The translations under genes were made by a program, and so were the position numbers. DNA of 14,772 nucleotides from Candidatus Sulfobium sp. (GTDB taxonomy: Bacteria > Nitrospirota > Thermodesulfovibrionia > Thermodesulfovibrionales > UBA6898): positions 1 through 14,772 of the forward strand of contig JARRRI010000050.1 of assembly GCA_037380845.1 (NCBI GenBank), read 5' to 3'. The notes beneath the pieces are model-generated. The model saw only the letters and a program-made list of their open reading frames with translations, was not told the DNA's origin and searched no databases. The first letter of the stretch is position 1. Each line of letters starts with the position of its first letter. Of this stretch, positions 9,001-14,772 are shown in pieces.

Positions 9001-9299
9001 GGAACGACTATGTGATCGTGTCGTGTCCGGTCCTGCCGGTGCGGATCTCGAGGCAGGCATCACTCTATTTTTCCATTGTTCAAGACGCTTTTAACGCCGC
9101 GTTCTATTCCGGAGATACTATAGAGATACATGACGGCGCGACCATCGCTGACACGCCGTCCCTCGACGGGCTCAAGACAATAACACTCAGGGGCGGATAT
9201 GATGAGTGTTTCGCCGCCAGTTCGGGGTACAGCACGATCCAGGGCTCCCTTACGGTAGTCAACGGGACGCTAACTGTCGACCGGATAATAATGCAATGA
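6036..9299 (+). CDS. Secreted multidomain S8 (subtilisin-like) serine protease with propeptide, BACON/Ig-like, jelly-roll, ASH/Hydin-like Ig, InlB-B-like and PKD domains
   Basis: Catalytic motifs are AVLDSGVD (Asp), NSHGTNV (His), SSGNSG (oxyanion Asn) and SGTSQAAPHVAG (Ser). The signal-like segment ends in AYA and the PKD motif is WSWNFGDG. The start codon is uncertain (6036 or 6135). Confidence 0.92.
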   Translation: MGYRQSQKRLRIVDGTRFFLSPIAYRLLLFFCVMLVALCSLSSMAYAETGKTPQLDIKALAPGIAKQLEKSGLANVLVVLDDSDAWTFAARQRKIHGLRYDNAAILAGKVPILRREKDSVLSRMSLQNYRVLADYDNFPVLYLQVNEHAVAHLQAMKEVKAVSENRALRPFYTDNQNLIGAASAWTYGGGQTGAGTAVAVLDSGVDYLLSDFGTCSAPGDPGCSVAFEQCFATEGGALATPSCYPDNSHGTNVQGIVLQVAPGTKLLSLDVFGPYDYAYDSDVLDALNWVVANQATYNIVAANMSMGAGIYTAPCPNDPLASAISTLRSAGMVTTVSSGNSGWAGGLASPACAPDAVSVGAVYANDYGPQSWSVCSDSSTAADQVACFSDSSSFLTLLAPGSVITAAGITMSGTSQAAPHVAGSAAVLKEQNSALTVDEEVARLEATGVPVLDGKNDITKPRIDLYSAVSVTSPILVTSPADFEFVSPDNVAPPGQTLKIINGGTGTMNWTADNGGSSWLLPAPGSGTGTTDVSVDIDPTGLTPGTYNGQLTISATDASANPALDSPANIPVTLKVLDPAYSEDFETGDLAKLPWVTGGDGTWSVESATVFRGTYSAQSPAISDSQSSYLQVTLNVTSPGYVYFRLKTDTEPTYDNLKFYVDGVNEGPFYGWSGNTDWTLGRSEYEVTPGVHTFKWIYSKDGSVSDGSDAVWLDDVFFPPWNLVSVDPEAYDFGEVALSSSSFPRTFTVSNISGAAVSLGSVSISGPDAAEFAIGADNCSGQSLGAAGSGTDTCTVDVTFNPVSPKGVKSALLSIPAGPTVSIASISGTAGLKRTLTIDKNTAYASGTGVVSSTPAGIDCGSVCSARFFDGDTVTLNATPDPGSTFSGWSGGCTSDPCNITLTADTTVYATFETIPPTAGFSGSPLSGMAPLAVTFTDASSANTSAWSWNFGDGGQSSVQNPVYTYTNPGTYSVSLTVANPGGSDTMTRNDYVIVSCPVLPVRISRQASLYFSIVQDAFNAAFYSGDTIEIHDGATIADTPSLDGLKTITLRGGYDECFAASSGYSTIQGSLTVVNGTLTVDRIIMQ

Positions 9300-9303
9300 G
9301 AAA

Positions 9304-9364
9304 CAAGCCGGGAAGCCACCAAGCTATCAAGCTGACAAGCGTGCAAGGCTTCAAGCTATCAGCT
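9304..9364 (+). repeat. Cluster of 8-bp CAAGCnnn repeats
   Basis: caagccgg gaagccac caagctat caagctga caagcgtg ... caagctat, directly after the protease stop. Confidence 0.8.
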
Positions 9365-9597
9365 GTTGGCAGAAAAAAAGCGGTAAACGATATAGACAAG
9401 AACTGAATGGAGAATGGAAGATGAAGCATGGCGCAAGGACCAAGAAAGACCAAACAACGATGACAATCAGCGAAAGCGTGCTGCGGAGCCGGAGCGCCTC
9501 TGGAGACAGGTCGCTATCAATAGTAATTTCATGGTTATACTCTCTGCGCTCTGCGCTGCGCCGTCTGCGTAACGCGAGCCTCACGATTAATCGGAAT

Positions 9598-10113
9598 ATG
9601 GTTTGTCTTTTGATGGTCGTAGGACTGGGAATGATTTCAACTGTAGTTCCTGCCCGGGCTGTGATGGTGGGACTGAGCACCGAGGAACTTACGAAAAATG
9701 CGGACCTGGTTGTCAAGGGGAAAGTGGAGAGCGTCAAGAGTGTATGGGACGAAGACGGTAAGCGCATCGTCACAAGAGTTACGATAGCAGGTCCATCGGT
9801 GATTAGAGGTGCTTCAGATCGGGGGCGTATAATTATCGAATATCCCGGCGGAGAAGTCGGCGGCATCGGCATGAAGGTATCGGATGTTGATCCTCTCCAG
9901 GAAGGTGAAGAGGTAATTCTCTTCCTGAAAGCGGGAAGAACCGTGAAGGACGGACGTATATATCACCTTGTCGGGAAAGCCCAGGGGAAGTACACGGTGG
10001 GAGATGACGGCATCGCGAGAAAGAAGGGGTTTTCACTTGCCGCGGGGGCTGAGAAGGTCGATAACAATATCCCGGTCGACAGGTTGATAGAAAAGATAGA
10101 GAGGGTGCAATGA
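9598..10113 (+). CDS. Secreted hypothetical protein, probable TIMP/NTR-like OB-fold
   Basis: Signal peptide ending PARA, then LSTEELTKNADLVVKGKV...PGGEVGG...GEEVILFL. Its stop overlaps the next ATG (ATGA). The ORF is open from 9421, but that extension is repeat-rich, so the start is uncertain. Confidence 0.75.
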   Translation: MVCLLMVVGLGMISTVVPARAVMVGLSTEELTKNADLVVKGKVESVKSVWDEDGKRIVTRVTIAGPSVIRGASDRGRIIIEYPGGEVGGIGMKVSDVDPLQEGEEVILFLKAGRTVKDGRIYHLVGKAQGKYTVGDDGIARKKGFSLAAGAEKVDNNIPVDRLIEKIERVQ

Positions 10114-11819
10114 TGGTAAAGACTGCACTTCTCGCATATGCCCTTTTTCCGGTTCTGCTCGCCGGTCTGATGCCCGTGAATGCCCTCGGGTATGTGGCAT
10201 GTAAGACGGGTGGCGGGCTCGACATAAAGTGGAGCACTCCTAACGTGAATTACATGGTCAACGAGGCGGGCGGGCCTGTGGGGGGGAGCCTTGCGGCTTT
10301 GCAGGCGGGTATGCAGACATGGACAGATGTGGGCAGCTCGATTTTTGTCTTTTCTTATGGTGGTGCGACTTCGAAGACTGCGGCCGACTGCGGCACCAAC
10401 GACGGGGTAAATATGATTGCCTTTGGCCCTATGGGAACGGGGGACGGGATTCTGGCCCAAAATACCTATTGGTACACAAACGGAGGCGGCATACTGGACA
10501 GCGACATCCAGGTCAACACCAGCTATTCATGGAGCGCCGCCGGGGCTGCGGGATACTACGATATACAGAATGTAGTAACTCACGAGATGGGACATACGCT
10601 CTGCCTGGCGGACTTGTATAACTCCTCCGACGCGGAGAAGACCATGTACGGATATGCTGCAAAGGGCGAGACAAAGAAGAGGACGCTCGATCCGGACGAC
10701 ATAAGCGGAATTTCATATCTCTACCCGGCACCCAATATAGTGGTAACGCCGGCATCCTTAGCGTTTGGAAGCGTCGATGTCGGAAATGCCTTGCAGCAGG
10801 ACATTACGGTGACTAATAATGGAGCGGCAAATCTTGTCTTAGGGACTGTTATCGGGCCTTCCGCGCCTTTCAGCCTCGTGAGCGATTCCTGTTCGGGGAA
10901 GACTGTAGCTCCTGCGACTGGAAGCTGCGCGGTTACGTTGAGATTTGAACCCGCTGCGGCGACGGTATACAGCGGTAATCTCAACATTCCATCTAACGAC
11001 CCCGATCAGAACCCGGCAACAGTGGGCCTGAGCGGAACGGGAGTTATGACCACCTATACGCTTTCAGTGAGCAGGGGCGGCACCGGAAGTGGCACGGTTA
11101 CGAGCACGCCGGGGGGAATAGACTGCGGTCCGACCTGCTCTGCAGCGTATATCCAGGGAGCGGGCGTGACACTCGGCGCAGTGCCGGGAGCTGATTCAAC
11201 TTTTGCGGGCTGGCAAGGCGCGGGCTGCAGCGGGACAGGCTCGTGCGGTGTAACGATGACCGGCGATATGATTGTCACCGCGACTTTCAACATGATTCGG
11301 CCGACCGCTGATTTCAGCGCCGTGACGACAACCGGCCAGGCCCCGCTGTATGTAAGCTTCACCGACACCTCGACGCACAGTCCTTCCCAGTGGACCTGGG
11401 ACTTCGGTGACGGGGGGATCAGTACCCTGGAGAACCCGTCATATACTTACACGACCGCTGGTACTTACACGGTCTCGCTCACCGTGGCGAACGATGGTGG
11501 TTCGGATCTGGTAACCAAAACGGGACTTATCACGGTCTCAACATGCTCAAACTCGTCTGTGCGGCTTATGTCAGGGGCCTCGACGGTGGATTATGCGGAT
11601 CTGGCTACGGCTGTCGGCGACGCTGTCGTCGCGGGAGATGTCATCGAGGCCCAAGCCGTGTCTTTCACCGGAGACCTCATCTTCGACAAGGGTGTTGAGG
11701 TGACCCTGAATGGAGGATACGGTTGCGATTATCAGGCAAATCCCTCGGCGACAACAGTCACGGGATCTCTTGCGGTAACCTCGGGCACACTTACGGTGGA
11801 AGGAGTGTCAATTCAATAG
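10110..11819 (+). CDS. Secreted matrixin-like (metzincin) zinc metalloprotease with ASH/Hydin-like Ig, InlB-B-like and PKD domains
   Basis: Signal peptide ending VNA, zinc motif YDIQNVVTHEMGHTLCLAD, Met-turn KTMYG, LDPDDISGISYLY helix and PKD motif WTWDFGDG. Confidence 0.9.
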   Translation: MMVKTALLAYALFPVLLAGLMPVNALGYVACKTGGGLDIKWSTPNVNYMVNEAGGPVGGSLAALQAGMQTWTDVGSSIFVFSYGGATSKTAADCGTNDGVNMIAFGPMGTGDGILAQNTYWYTNGGGILDSDIQVNTSYSWSAAGAAGYYDIQNVVTHEMGHTLCLADLYNSSDAEKTMYGYAAKGETKKRTLDPDDISGISYLYPAPNIVVTPASLAFGSVDVGNALQQDITVTNNGAANLVLGTVIGPSAPFSLVSDSCSGKTVAPATGSCAVTLRFEPAAATVYSGNLNIPSNDPDQNPATVGLSGTGVMTTYTLSVSRGGTGSGTVTSTPGGIDCGPTCSAAYIQGAGVTLGAVPGADSTFAGWQGAGCSGTGSCGVTMTGDMIVTATFNMIRPTADFSAVTTTGQAPLYVSFTDTSTHSPSQWTWDFGDGGISTLENPSYTYTTAGTYTVSLTVANDGGSDLVTKTGLITVSTCSNSSVRLMSGASTVDYADLATAVGDAVVAGDVIEAQAVSFTGDLIFDKGVEVTLNGGYGCDYQANPSATTVTGSLAVTSGTLTVEGVSIQ

Positions 11820-11868
11820 CTATCAAGCGCACAAGCTATCAAGCCGGCAAGCATACAAGCTATCAAGT
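11817..11868 (+). repeat. Cluster of 8-bp CAAGCnnn repeats beginning at the stop codon
   Basis: tagctat caagcgca caagctat caagccgg caagcata caagctat caagt. Confidence 0.85.
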
Positions 11869-11956
11869 CGCAAATATTCCAGTATGATCGTTACGCAGGA
11901 ACATATAGTTTGAACGGCAAGCGGGATAAAATCTTGAGGACATACGATGATATTTT

Positions 11957-12026
11957 TTGTTTTCCATCTTCTCAACGGAAAACAAGAGGGAATATTTCTC
12001 CGCGCCCTCTGCGTCTCTGCGATGAA
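11957..12026 (-). repeat. Arm + hairpin repeat unit (minus strand, loop TGAGAAG)
   Basis: On the minus strand the arm is ttcatcgcagagacgcagagggcgcggag and the hairpin is ttgttttccgt-TGAGAAG-atggaaaacaa. Confidence 0.85.
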
Positions 12027-12072
12027 AGTCTTTTTTATCTTTTGTCTATGCATAAGTGAAGAATTGTTGTGG

Positions 12073-12918
12073 ATGAGAATCGACATTCTGAAAATCATTG
12101 AAATCGCCGAACTGGCCGGTAAGGCGGTCATGGATGTCTATTCCAGGGAAGACCCGGGCACTACCTACAAGGAGGATTGTTCTCCGCTGACCCTGGCGGA
12201 CACCGCTTCCCAGAAAGTCATCCTGGCTGCTCTCCGGAAGCTGACCCCGGAGTTGCCGGTATTGTCGGAGGAGTCGAAGACGGTGCCTTACGAGGAAAGA
12301 AAAGCGTGGAGAGCTTACTGGCTTGTAGACCCTCTTGACGGGACAAAGGAATTCATAAAGAGGAACGGGGAATTTACGGTCAATATTGCATTGATCGAGG
12401 GCGGGGTACCAGTCATGGGAGTCGTGAATGCTCCGGTCCTGGGACGTACATATTACGCTGCAAGGGGAGAAGGGGCCTTCAGGAAGGAGGCCGGTAAAGA
12501 GCCGGAGAGGATCGGGGTCAGCAGCGACTCGGCGGGCGTCCTGAAAGTGGCCGGCAGCCGTTCCCACGGCGTAGGGGCGCTTGAGAAGTTCCTTGAAGGC
12601 CTCGGTCCCCACGAGCTGGTGAGCATGGGGAGTTCGCTGAAGTTCTGCCTGGTGGCCGAAGGATCGGCCCACCTCTATCCAAGGCTGGGTCCCACGATGG
12701 AATGGGACACCGCAGCCGCCCAGTGCGTAGTAGAAGAGGCCGGCGGCTTTGTAACGGATTTGCAGGGGAACAGGCTGAGGTATAACAAAGAAGACCTGCA
12801 TAATCCCAACTTCATCGTCGTATGTTGCGAAGGGATCGGGCTTGCAAGCCAACAGGCTTACAAATCCGGAACCGAAATACATTCACCGCAGAGACGCAGA
12901 GTGCGCAGAGAGGTTTAG
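12073..12918 (+). CDS. cysQ: 3'(2'),5'-bisphosphate nucleotidase (PAP phosphatase)
   Basis: SPLTLAD, VLSEE, WLVDPLDGTKEFIKRNGEFTVNIALI, SRSH, GSSLKFCLVAEG and MEWDTAAAQ. The start is placed at ATG 12073 because the upstream extension is repeat DNA. Confidence 0.95.
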   Translation: MRIDILKIIEIAELAGKAVMDVYSREDPGTTYKEDCSPLTLADTASQKVILAALRKLTPELPVLSEESKTVPYEERKAWRAYWLVDPLDGTKEFIKRNGEFTVNIALIEGGVPVMGVVNAPVLGRTYYAARGEGAFRKEAGKEPERIGVSSDSAGVLKVAGSRSHGVGALEKFLEGLGPHELVSMGSSLKFCLVAEGSAHLYPRLGPTMEWDTAAAQCVVEEAGGFVTDLQGNRLRYNKEDLHNPNFIVVCCEGIGLASQQAYKSGTEIHSPQRRRVRREV

Positions 12919-13117
12919 TTATATATTTCTGCTGAGAGGGCAGAAATATATAAAACTGCCGGCTTTCCGCATAACCTTGATGGAGGAAGATATAATTTGG
13001 ACGGTAAACGGGGATAAGATCGTGAGAGCAAGTACAGGATATTTTTTTATTTTCCGCCCTCTCAGCGGAAAACAAAAAGGGAGTATCTCTCAGCGCCCTC
13101 TGCGTCTCTGCGGTGAA
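12882..13117. repeat. Inverted doublet of arm+hairpin units (236 bp; REPIN/MITE-like)
   Basis: 31-bp terminal inverted arms with 2 mismatches (12882-12912 and 13087-13117). Hairpins lie at 12919-12953 (+ strand loop TGAGAGG) and 13044-13078 (- strand loop TGAGAGG). Confidence 0.92.
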
Positions 13118-13186
13118 TATATGTCTTTTGTTTCATATAGCAGTTTACGCAATAACAGAAACATATAAACTGCCAAGGGGGATTTG

Positions 13187-13570
13187 ATGGATCTTAATGA
13201 ATTAAGCAGTTCGATTATCGGTGCGGCTATAGAGGTGCATAAATTTGTAGGACCCGGTCTTCTTGAATCGGCGTATGAAGAATGCCTGTGTCATGAGTTA
13301 ACTCGCCGAAAAATAGCATTTGAAAGGCAAAAGGCTTTGCCGATAGTTTATAAAGATTGTAGATTGGACTGCGGTTATAGGGTTGACGTTGTTGTTAACA
13401 ATGCAGTAATAGTTGAATTGAAAGCGTGCGAACAGGTGGAGCCGATTCACAAGGCACAGCTGTTGACATACCTCAGGTTATCCGGCATTGCTTTGGGGCT
13501 TCTTTTGAACTTCAATATGCCGGTCATGAAGGATGGTATCATTCGCATAGTAAATGAGATAAGTGAATGA
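13187..13570 (+). CDS. GxxExxY protein (PD-(D/E)XK nuclease fold, PDDEXK_3)
   Basis: IIGAAIEVHKFVGPGLLESAYEECL signature, YRVDVVV...IVELKA nuclease motif and HKAQLLTYL...GLLLNF. SD-like AAGGGGG upstream of ATG 13187. Confidence 0.95.
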   Translation: MDLNELSSSIIGAAIEVHKFVGPGLLESAYEECLCHELTRRKIAFERQKALPIVYKDCRLDCGYRVDVVVNNAVIVELKACEQVEPIHKAQLLTYLRLSGIALGLLLNFNMPVMKDGIIRIVNEISE

Positions 13571-13618
13571 CCGCATAACACCAGGCTTATCTCGGAGATC
13601 ATAAGACAAGGCAAATGG

Positions 13619-13793
13619 TTCACCGCAGAGATACAGAGATCGCAGAAAAAGATTCTTGGCGAGACGTTGGAGCACCGAGTGCCGGATTTCTGTTTTTTCC
13701 GGCGTCTCAGCGGAAAACAGAAAAGATATTCACCTGCGGTTGCAGGCGAATGGAGGATTTTAAAGCTCTGTGACCTCTGCGTCTCTGCGGTGA
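13619..13793. repeat. Inverted arm pair with internal hairpins (175 bp)
   Basis: Arms are ttcaccgcagagatacagagatcgcaga and ctctgtgacctctgcgtctctgcggtga. The hairpin at 13687-13723 has minus-strand loop TGAGACG. An extra hairpin reads attcacctgc-ggtt-gcaggcgaat. Confidence 0.88.
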
Positions 13794-13857
13794 GGGACCT
13801 TTTTAGAAGCTTGCTACCCACCGACTTACGAATTGAGGACCAAAGGAAATATTGAAA

Positions 13858-14499
13858 ATGGACAACGGTAACGTCATCTGGCACCACGCCACTGTTACCC
13901 GGAAGCGGCGGGAGGAGAAGAACGGCCACCGGAGCGTTATTCTTTGGTTTACGGGGCTGTCCGGGGCGGGGAAGTCGACTCTTGCCCATGCGGTGGAGGA
14001 GAGGCTGCATCAGATGGGCTGCAGGACATTCGTTTTCGACGGCGACAACGTCCGCCACGGCCTGAACTGCAACCTGGGCTTTTCACCGGAAGAGCGGAAG
14101 GAGAACATCAGGCGGATCGGCGAGATGTGCAAGCTGTTCGTCGAGGCCGGCGTTATCGCACTGACAGCCTTCATTTCACCCTTCCGGGAGGACAGGGAGA
14201 AGGTCCGCAGTCTTGTGAACGAGGGTGATTTTATCGAGATATTCTGCGCCTGCAGCATCGAGGTCTGTGAAAGCAGGGACGTGAAGGGCATGTACGCCAG
14301 GGCGAGAAGGGGAGAAATCGAAAATTTCACCGGCATATCTTCGCCTTATGAACCGCCCGAAAATCCGGAGCTTGTTTTCGACACCGGAAATGTCCCCCTG
14401 GAAGAATGCGTAGAGAGGATCGTGTCCTACCTGGTGGAGAAGGCAGTGATAAAGAAGAAAATTCACCACGGACACACTGAGGCACGGAGGAAGTTGTAA
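13858..14499 (+). CDS. cysC: Adenylyl-sulfate (APS) kinase
   Basis: NVIWH start, P-loop [48 protein letters not shown] and [11 protein letters not shown]. An alternative start is TTG at 13852. Confidence 0.96.
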   Translation: MDNGNVIWHHATVTRKRREEKNGHRSVILWFTGLSGAGKSTLAHAVEERLHQMGCRTFVFDGDNVRHGLNCNLGFSPEERKENIRRIGEMCKLFVEAGVIALTAFISPFREDREKVRSLVNEGDFIEIFCACSIEVCESRDVKGMYARARRGEIENFTGISSPYEPPENPELVFDTGNVPLEECVERIVSYLVEKAVIKKKIHHGHTEARRKL

Positions 14500-14552
14500 C
14501 CGCGGACGGGCACAGACGGTCAGGCAGACCACGGGAATAAGAAAAACAATGT

Positions 14553-14624
14553 TTCACCGCAGAGACGCAGAGGTCTCAGAGGGTTTTAATTATATGTTTC
14601 TGCTGAGAGGGCAGAAACATATAA
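14553..14624 (+). repeat. Arm + TGAGAGG-loop hairpin repeat unit
   Basis: Arm ttcaccgcagagacgcagaggtctcagag. Perfect 14-bp hairpin ttatatgtttctgc-TGAGAGG-gcagaaacatataa (14590-14624). Confidence 0.92.
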
Positions 14625-14673
14625 ACTGCTCGCCGTCGGCATGATGGTTTTGAGAGTATCCAAAAGTCTTATT

Positions 14674-14770
14674 CGTCATTCCCGAGGCATTAGTCAGGCG
14701 AAGCGACTCTCAGCGAAGTCGTAGCGACCCTGCGCGGAGACCCGCTTCGGGACTCGCATCGAGAATCCAG
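14674..14770 (+). repeat. CGTC-tagged REP-like palindrome with an expanded interior
   Basis: Begins cgtcattcccga and ends tcgagaatccag, resembling CGTCATTCCCG...CGGGAATCC repeats. It contains small internal hairpins. Confidence 0.5.
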
Positions 14771-14772
14771 GT

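Noticed and set aside
11947..12072. N-terminal extensions of the cysQ, MNT (3744-3833) and 9421-9597 ORFs
   Set aside because: The extensions run through repeat or promoter DNA, and family-like sequence begins at the later starts.
12046..12882. 278-aa minus-strand ORF, plus other long antisense ORFs (2173-2781, 6096-6782, 13447-14058)
   Set aside because: These are shadow ORFs opposite well-supported genes in GC-rich DNA and have no recognisable motifs.
12882..13117. Autonomous IS element
   Set aside because: There is no transposase ORF and no convincing target-site duplication, so it is kept only as a non-autonomous repeat.
12842..13168. 108-aa ORF containing HRRDAE, and the 13667-13855 ORF
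   Set aside because: These are translations of the palindromic repeat elements with no independent coding evidence.

Overview
This is a GC-rich bacterial window with all real genes on the + strand. The gene content and intergenic repeat style suggest Nitrospirota or Desulfobacterota, but that is inference only. In order it holds: the 3' part of recG, a small coiled-coil protein, prepilin peptidase pilD, a PAS/HisKA/HATPase sensor kinase, an MNT-HEPN (MntA/HepT-type) toxin-antitoxin pair bracketed by long direct repeats, and a winged-helix (EPS-associated MarR-like) regulator. A three-gene secreted protease block follows (S8 subtilase, small TIMP/OB-fold-like protein, matrixin-like metalloprotease), and the two proteases share one C-terminal scaffold. 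The window ends with cysQ, a GxxExxY nuclease-fold gene and cysC. Most intergenic spaces carry structured repeats. The most notable is a strand-polar unit, a TTCACCGCAGAGACGCAGAG arm followed by a long hairpin with a conserved TGAGAGG loop and covarying stems. It occurs six times, and inverted pairs of arms lie on both sides of the GxxExxY gene.
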